Origin: an uncultured cyanobacterium
Lineage (GTDB): Bacteria; Cyanobacteriota; Cyanobacteriia; PCC-6307; Cyanobiaceae
Assembly (NCBI GenBank): GCA_963765575.1
Contig: CAVXWZ010000004.1
Span: 1 to 64,000, forward strand
DNA length: 64,000 nt
Reading direction: 5' to 3'
Shown: positions 59,502-64,000 of the stretch, piece by piece
Layout of the letters: every line of letters starts with the position of its first letter
Numbering within the stretch: the stretch's first letter is position 1
The notes under the pieces: model-generated
What the model saw: only the letters and a program-made list of their open reading frames with translations
The model's database searches: none
What the model was told of the DNA's origin: nothing
Program-made: the position numbers and the translations under genes

Positions 59502-59546
59502 GCCTCTGGGCGCCCAGATTGAGCCTCTGGGCACCCAGATTGAGCC
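59496..59546. repeat. 21-bp tandem repeat (~2.4 copies) with internal palindrome
   Basis: GATTGAGCCTCTGGGC(G/A)CCCA twice plus GATTGAGCC; TCTGGGCGCCCAGA is self-complementary. Confidence 0.85.
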
Positions 59547-61202
59547 CTAGCGCCACACCACCAGCTCACCGGCATTGAGCTGGGTGAGCTGGCCGCTGGG
59601 CTGCAGCAGTTCCGCCAGGGGCCGTTGCTGGGCTTCCAGGGAGGCGCTGGGATGGTTGATCCGCTGCGGCTCCGGGCTGAGCAGCAGCCCCACCCGGCCG
59701 GTGCCCGGGGCTGAGGCCAGTTGCTCCAGCGCCCGCCGCAGCAGTTCGGGCTCCAGCGAGGCCCGCTCGCCGGTGCTCAGCAGCAGTGCCAGCTCGGGCT
59801 GGTTGAGCAGGGCCAGCAGGCGGGGATCCTCTTCGGGTTCGGCCTTGATGCCCTGCTCGCGGGCCCAGGCTTCCAGCCGCTCCCGCACCGTTGCCGCCGA
59901 ACCGGCCTCCGGGTGCCCCTGCCAGGCCACCACGGCGGTGGGGCCGGCGATCGGGCAGGTGGGGCCTTCCCCCATCAGGTGGCCGAGCTTGCTGCGCTTC
60001 ACGGCCAGGTAGGCGGCATTGTGCACACCCGATTCCATGACCAGGGGCACGCGGTCCACCACCTGCAGGCCATAGCCGCCGAGGCCGGCGATCTTGCGTG
60101 GATTGTTGGTGATCAGCCGCAGCCGGTGCACGCCCAGGTCGCTGAGGATCTGGGCCCCCACGCCGTAGTTGCGCAGGTCGGCGGGGAAGCCCAGCCGTTC
60201 GTTGGCCTCCACCGTGTCCAGGCCGGTGTCCTGGAGTGAGTAGGCCCGCAGCTTGTTGATCAGGCCGATGCCGCGGCCCTCCTGACGCAGGTACACCACC
60301 ACACCTTCGCCAGCGGCCTCGATCATGCGCAGGGCGGCCTCCAGCTGGGGCCGGCAATCACAGCGCAGGGAGCCGAAGGCATCGCCGGTGAGGCATTCGC
60401 TGTGCACCCGCACCAGCACGGCAGCGCCGGCCCGCTCCGGGTGGCCCTTGACGATCGCCACGTGCTCGCTGCCGTCGAGTTCGTTGCGGAAGCCGATCGC
60501 CCGGAAGCTGCCGAAGGCGCTGGGCATCGCCGCCTCCGCCTGGCGACGCACGAAGCGCTCCGTGTCCAGCCGGTAGCGGATCAGTTCGGCGATCGAGATC
60601 AGCCGCAGGCCATGGCGACGGGCGTAGGCGGCCAGCTCGGGCAGGCGTGCCATCGAGCCGTTGGGATTCTGGATCTCGCAGATCACTCCGGAGGGATTGA
60701 GGCCCGCCAGCCGGGCCAGATCCACCGCCGCCTCGGTGTGGCCGGCGCGCTTGAGCACTCCGCCCTGGCGGGCGCGCAGGGGGAACACGTGGCCTGGCCG
60801 GCGCAGATCGCCGGGGCGGCTCTGGGGGTGGATCGCCACCTGGATGGTGCGGGCCCGGTCCTCGGCCGAGATGCCCGTGCTCACACCGTTCTCCGGTCCG
60901 GCGTCCACGCTCACGGTGAAGGCGGTCTGGTTGGCGTCGGTGTTGCGATCCACCATCAGCGGCAGATCCAGGGCGTCCAGCCGCTCCCCCTCGATCGCCA
61001 GACAGATCAGGCCCCGGGCTTCGGTGGCCATGAAATTGATCTGTTCGGGGGTGGCGAACTGGGCCGCACAGATCAGATCACCCTCGTTCTCCCGGTTCTC
61101 GTCGTCCACCACCACCACCGCCTCACCGTTGCGGATCGCCGCGAGGGCATCGGCAATGGCATCGAAGCGGATGGTGGGGGTGCTGCTGGTCGCAGGACTC
61201 AT
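59547..61202 (-). CDS. ribBA: Bifunctional DHBP synthase / GTP cyclohydrolase II
   Basis: VVDDENRENEGDL, RAGHTEAAVDL, RVHSECLTGD..GSLRCDC, RQEGRGIGL. Confidence 0.97.
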   Translation of the reverse strand: MSPATSSTPTIRFDAIADALAAIRNGEAVVVVDDENRENEGDLICAAQFATPEQINFMATEARGLICLAIEGERLDALDLPLMVDRNTDANQTAFTVSVDAGPENGVSTGISAEDRARTIQVAIHPQSRPGDLRRPGHVFPLRARQGGVLKRAGHTEAAVDLARLAGLNPSGVICEIQNPNGSMARLPELAAYARRHGLRLISIAELIRYRLDTERFVRRQAEAAMPSAFGSFRAIGFRNELDGSEHVAIVKGHPERAGAAVLVRVHSECLTGDAFGSLRCDCRPQLEAALRMIEAAGEGVVVYLRQEGRGIGLINKLRAYSLQDTGLDTVEANERLGFPADLRNYGVGAQILSDLGVHRLRLITNNPRKIAGLGGYGLQVVDRVPLVMESGVHNAAYLAVKRSKLGHLMGEGPTCPIAGPTAVVAWQGHPEAGSAATVRERLEAWAREQGIKAEPEEDPRLLALLNQPELALLLSTGERASLEPELLRRALEQLASAPGTGRVGLLLSPEPQRINHPSASLEAQQRPLAELLQPSGQLTQLNAGELVVWR

Positions 61203-61282
61203 GGCGGGCGCCCGATGGGCGGCGAGGGCGCAATCATCCTTTATAAAGCCCTGTTCAGCTCCACGAGGATGGGTTCAGCTCC

Positions 61283-62377
61283 ATGGCCAGCTCCCAGCCC
61301 TCCAGCCCTCCAGCCCCAGGCCGGCGCGTGGCCGTCATCGGTGCCAGCGGTTACGGCGGACTGCAGACCTTGCGGCTGCTGCACGACCATCCCCACCTGG
61401 GCGTGACCTTCCTGGGTGGTGAGCGCAGCAGCGGTCGCCGCTGGAGTGAGATCACCCCCTTTCTGCCGCTGCCCGGCGATCCGCTGGTGCAGAGCGCCGA
61501 TCCGGAGGCGATCGCGGCGGCGGCCGATTTCGCCGTGCTCAGCCTCCCCAACGGCCTGGCGGCCCAGCTGGTGCCGCCGCTGCTGGAGCGGGGGGTGCGC
61601 GTGGTCGACCTCTCCGCCGACTACCGCTACCGCTCCCTGGCCCAGTGGCAGCAGGTGTATGCGGCGGAGGCCCGCCAGGTGCCCCGCCAGGATGGCGACC
61701 TCTGCGCTGAAGCCGTCTACGGCCTGCCCGAGTGGCACGGCGAGCGCATCCGCACGGCCCGGCTGGTGGCGGCCCCCGGGTGCTTCCCCACCGCCTCCCT
61801 GCTGGGGCTGCTGCCCCTGCTCAAGCAGGGCCTGATCGAGACCCGCGGCATCGTCATCGACGCCAAGACCGGCACCAGCGGCGGCGGTCGGGCCGCCAAG
61901 CAACCCCTGCTGCTGGCCGAGGCGGCCGAGGCGGTGGCCCCCTATGGCGTGGTGGGTCACCGCCACACCAGCGAGATCGAGCAGATCGCGGGCCAGGTGG
62001 CGGGGCGGGAGATCCAGCTGCAGTTCACGCCCCACCTGATGCCGATGGTGCGCGGCCTGCTGGCCACGGTGTACTGCCGCTTGCGCGATCCCGGCCTCAC
62101 CGCCGACGACTGCAGCACCGTGCTGCGCACGGCCTACCGCGATGCCCCCGCGGTCACGGTGCTGCCGGTGGGCACCTACCCCTCCACCAAGTGGGTGCGG
62201 CAGACCAGCCGGGCGCTGCTGTCGCTGCAGGCGGACGCCCGCACGGGCCAGCTGATCGTGATGGGGGCCATCGACAACCTGGTCAAGGGTCAGGCCGGCC
62301 AGGGGGTGCAGTGCCTCAACCTGATGGCGGGTCTGGAGGAGAGCACCGGCCTGCCGATGCTGCCCTTCTATCCCTGA
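61283..62377 (+). CDS. argC: N-acetyl-gamma-glutamyl-phosphate reductase
   Basis: IGASGYGG, VDLSADYR, APGCFPT, FTPHLMPMVRG, IDNLVKGQAGQ. Confidence 0.96.
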   Translation: MASSQPSSPPAPGRRVAVIGASGYGGLQTLRLLHDHPHLGVTFLGGERSSGRRWSEITPFLPLPGDPLVQSADPEAIAAAADFAVLSLPNGLAAQLVPPLLERGVRVVDLSADYRYRSLAQWQQVYAAEARQVPRQDGDLCAEAVYGLPEWHGERIRTARLVAAPGCFPTASLLGLLPLLKQGLIETRGIVIDAKTGTSGGGRAAKQPLLLAEAAEAVAPYGVVGHRHTSEIEQIAGQVAGREIQLQFTPHLMPMVRGLLATVYCRLRDPGLTADDCSTVLRTAYRDAPAVTVLPVGTYPSTKWVRQTSRALLSLQADARTGQLIVMGAIDNLVKGQAGQGVQCLNLMAGLEESTGLPMLPFYP

Positions 62378-63069
62378 GCAGGCTGAGCAGGTTCAGTCAG
62401 GCCCAGGTGCTGGGCCGCCAGCTGCACGGCCAGCGGCAGGATGCGGTGCTCCTGGCGCTGGATCCGCGCCGCCAGGCTGGCGTGATCATCCCCGGGCTGC
62501 ACCGGCACCGCCGCCTGCACCAGGATCCGGCCGGCATCCACCTGCTCAGTCACCAGGTGGGCAGTGCAGCCGGCCAGCGTCACCCCGGCCGCCAGGGCCT
62601 GGCCCACGGCGTCCAGGCCCCGGAAGCTGGGCAGCAGGGAGGGATGGATGTTCAGCAGCCGCCCGGGGAAGGCGGCGATCAGCCGCGGGCTGACGATCCG
62701 CATCCAGCCGGCCATCACCACCAGGTCCACCGCCGCCGCGCCGAAGGCTTCGATCAGGGCGGCGTCGAGGGCTTCGCGGCTGGGCTGCCGGCGGTGGTCC
62801 AGCAGCCGGCAGGGCACCTCCAGCCGCCGCGCCCGCTCCAGCGCCCGGCAGCCGGGGTTGTTCACCACCAGCAGCACCACGTCGGCGGGCGGCCGATCGG
62901 CCCGACCGGCGAGGGTCAGGGCCTCGAAGTTGCTGCCCTCCCCGGAGGCCATCACCCCCAGCCGCAGCCGGCGAGGAGCGGCGCACCCGGGCCCGGACGT
63001 TGCGGCAACTGGTGGCAACGGCCACTGGATGCCGTCCAGCTCCTGGCTAGGGTCTGAGAAAGCGGGCAT
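62368..63069 (-). CDS. purN: Phosphoribosylglycinamide formyltransferase
   Basis: LGVMASGEGSNF, MAGWMRI, LNIHPSLLPSF.G, VDAGRIL, EHRILP. Confidence 0.95.
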   Translation of the reverse strand: MPAFSDPSQELDGIQWPLPPVAATSGPGCAAPRRLRLGVMASGEGSNFEALTLAGRADRPPADVVLLVVNNPGCRALERARRLEVPCRLLDHRRQPSREALDAALIEAFGAAAVDLVVMAGWMRIVSPRLIAAFPGRLLNIHPSLLPSFRGLDAVGQALAAGVTLAGCTAHLVTEQVDAGRILVQAAVPVQPGDDHASLAARIQRQEHRILPLAVQLAAQHLGLTEPAQPAQG

Positions 63070-63076
63070 CCGGTTC

Positions 63077-63421
63077 ATGTCCCATCTCTCCATCCTGCCC
63101 ACGGTGCTGCGCGACGCCGACCGTCTCGCCACCAGTCTGGAGTCCTTGGGCCTGCAGCCCCGCTGGGGCGGCCAGCTGGAGGGCTTTGCTGGCGAGGGCG
63201 AGGCGGTGGAGCTGCAGGTGCGGCTGGGTGGTGGCCAGGGGCTGGGCTGGGCGCGCCAGCGCGATGGCTCCCTGGCCCTGGTGGGTGACCTGCAGCGCAT
63301 CAGCCGCAGCACCCGCCTGCAGGCCCTGCTGTCGGCCATCACCCGCCGCTACGCCGCCGAGACCGCCCTGGCCGAGGCGACCCGGCACCTCGAGGGCGCC
63401 CAGGTCAGCCTGAGTTTCTGA
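63077..63421 (+). CDS. DUF1257 (Ycf35-like) family protein
   Basis: MSHLSILPT.LRD...LGWARQRDGSLALVGDLQR...ITRRYA. Confidence 0.82.
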   Translation: MSHLSILPTVLRDADRLATSLESLGLQPRWGGQLEGFAGEGEAVELQVRLGGGQGLGWARQRDGSLALVGDLQRISRSTRLQALLSAITRRYAAETALAEATRHLEGAQVSLSF

Positions 63422-63434
63422 GCGACGCTGCGCG

Positions 63435-64000
63435 GTGATCTTCGGCCCCCTCGTTCAGCTCGACCTCCGCGACAGCAAAACCCACCTGGTGGCGGTGAGC
63501 CTGGAGTTCCAACCCCAGGACCTGGAGCTGCGCTTTGCGCTGCCGTCCTGGACTCCCGGCTCCTACCTGATCCGCGACTACGTGCGCCAGCTCGAGGGGC
63601 TGGAGCTGAGCCAGGACGATGTGCTGCTGGCCCCCCGGCGGACGGGTGTGGCCGCCTGGTCACTGACCCTGCCCCGGCTGGCCCCGCTGCGGCTGCGCTA
63701 CCGCATCCTGGCCACCGAGCTCACGGTGCGCACCTGCCACCTCAGCGCCGAGCACGGCTTCCTGGCCCTGGCCGCGGTGGTGGTGCAGCTGGACGGCCAG
63801 CGCTGGCAACCGCACCGACTGCGGCTGCAGCTGCCGCCGGGCTGGCAGGCCTTCGTGCCCTTGCCCCCGCTGCCTGAGGGCGGTTGGCTGGCACGGGATT
63901 TTGACCAGCTGGTTGACACCCCGATCGAGGCCGGCCCCCATCCCTGCCACCACTTCGGCGTTGCCGGCGTGCCCCATCGCTGGGTGGGCTGGGGCACCAC
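63435..64000 (+). CDS. M61 family metallopeptidase, N-terminal part (runs off window)
   Basis: LPSWTPGSYLIRDYVRQ, ELTVRTCHL, FDQLVDTPIEAG; read directly from sequence, not in the ORF track. Confidence 0.88.
   Translation, partial: MIFGPLVQLDLRDSKTHLVAVSLEFQPQDLELRFALPSWTPGSYLIRDYVRQLEGLELSQDDVLLAPRRTGVAAWSLTLPRLAPLRLRYRILATELTVRTCHLSAEHGFLALAAVVVQLDGQRWQPHRLRLQLPPGWQAFVPLPPLPEGGWLARDFDQLVDTPIEAGPHPCHHFGVAGVPHRWVGWGT

Noticed and set aside
59496..59546. Possible CRISPR array
   Set aside because: Units abut with no unique spacers, there are fewer than three copies, and no cas genes are in the window.
3901..61520. Scattered GCGATCGC (HIP1) octamers
   Set aside because: Several are present, but enrichment over GC/codon expectation cannot be judged without counting.

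Overview
GC-rich picocyanobacterial chromosome segment; gene content and order suggest a Cyanobium/freshwater Synechococcus-like organism (inference). Most of the window is core genes: recQ, purK with 6S RNA, clpS, petN, cofH, psb29, clpP, ftsH, pyk, scpB, ilvA, dxs, psaK, csaB, a BCP-type peroxiredoxin, rpmB, htpG, hisZ, tRNA-Ser, pstCAB, dnaK/dnaJ, murQ, mtnP, ribBA, argC and purN. There are two accessory regions. (1) The left end (1-5.9 kb) holds type I restriction-modification hsdM/hsdS, a secreted two-domain protein, hli, a serine hydrolase, and a small ORF behind a LexA box that carries a beta-clamp-like QGELF motif. (2) A ~10.4 kb envelope island (32.9-43.2 kb) encodes secreted, lipoprotein and membrane proteins: META, three SH3-family copies, a TPR-like protein, orphan MlaE/MlaD and two NIRVDLL membrane paralogs. 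Part of this island looks like two diverged versions of one locus fused at a 14-bp microhomology. Dense indels in hsdS, hsdM and the essential dxs gene point to local sequencing or consensus errors. Family assignments come from motif recognition only, with no database searches, and several start codons are approximate.
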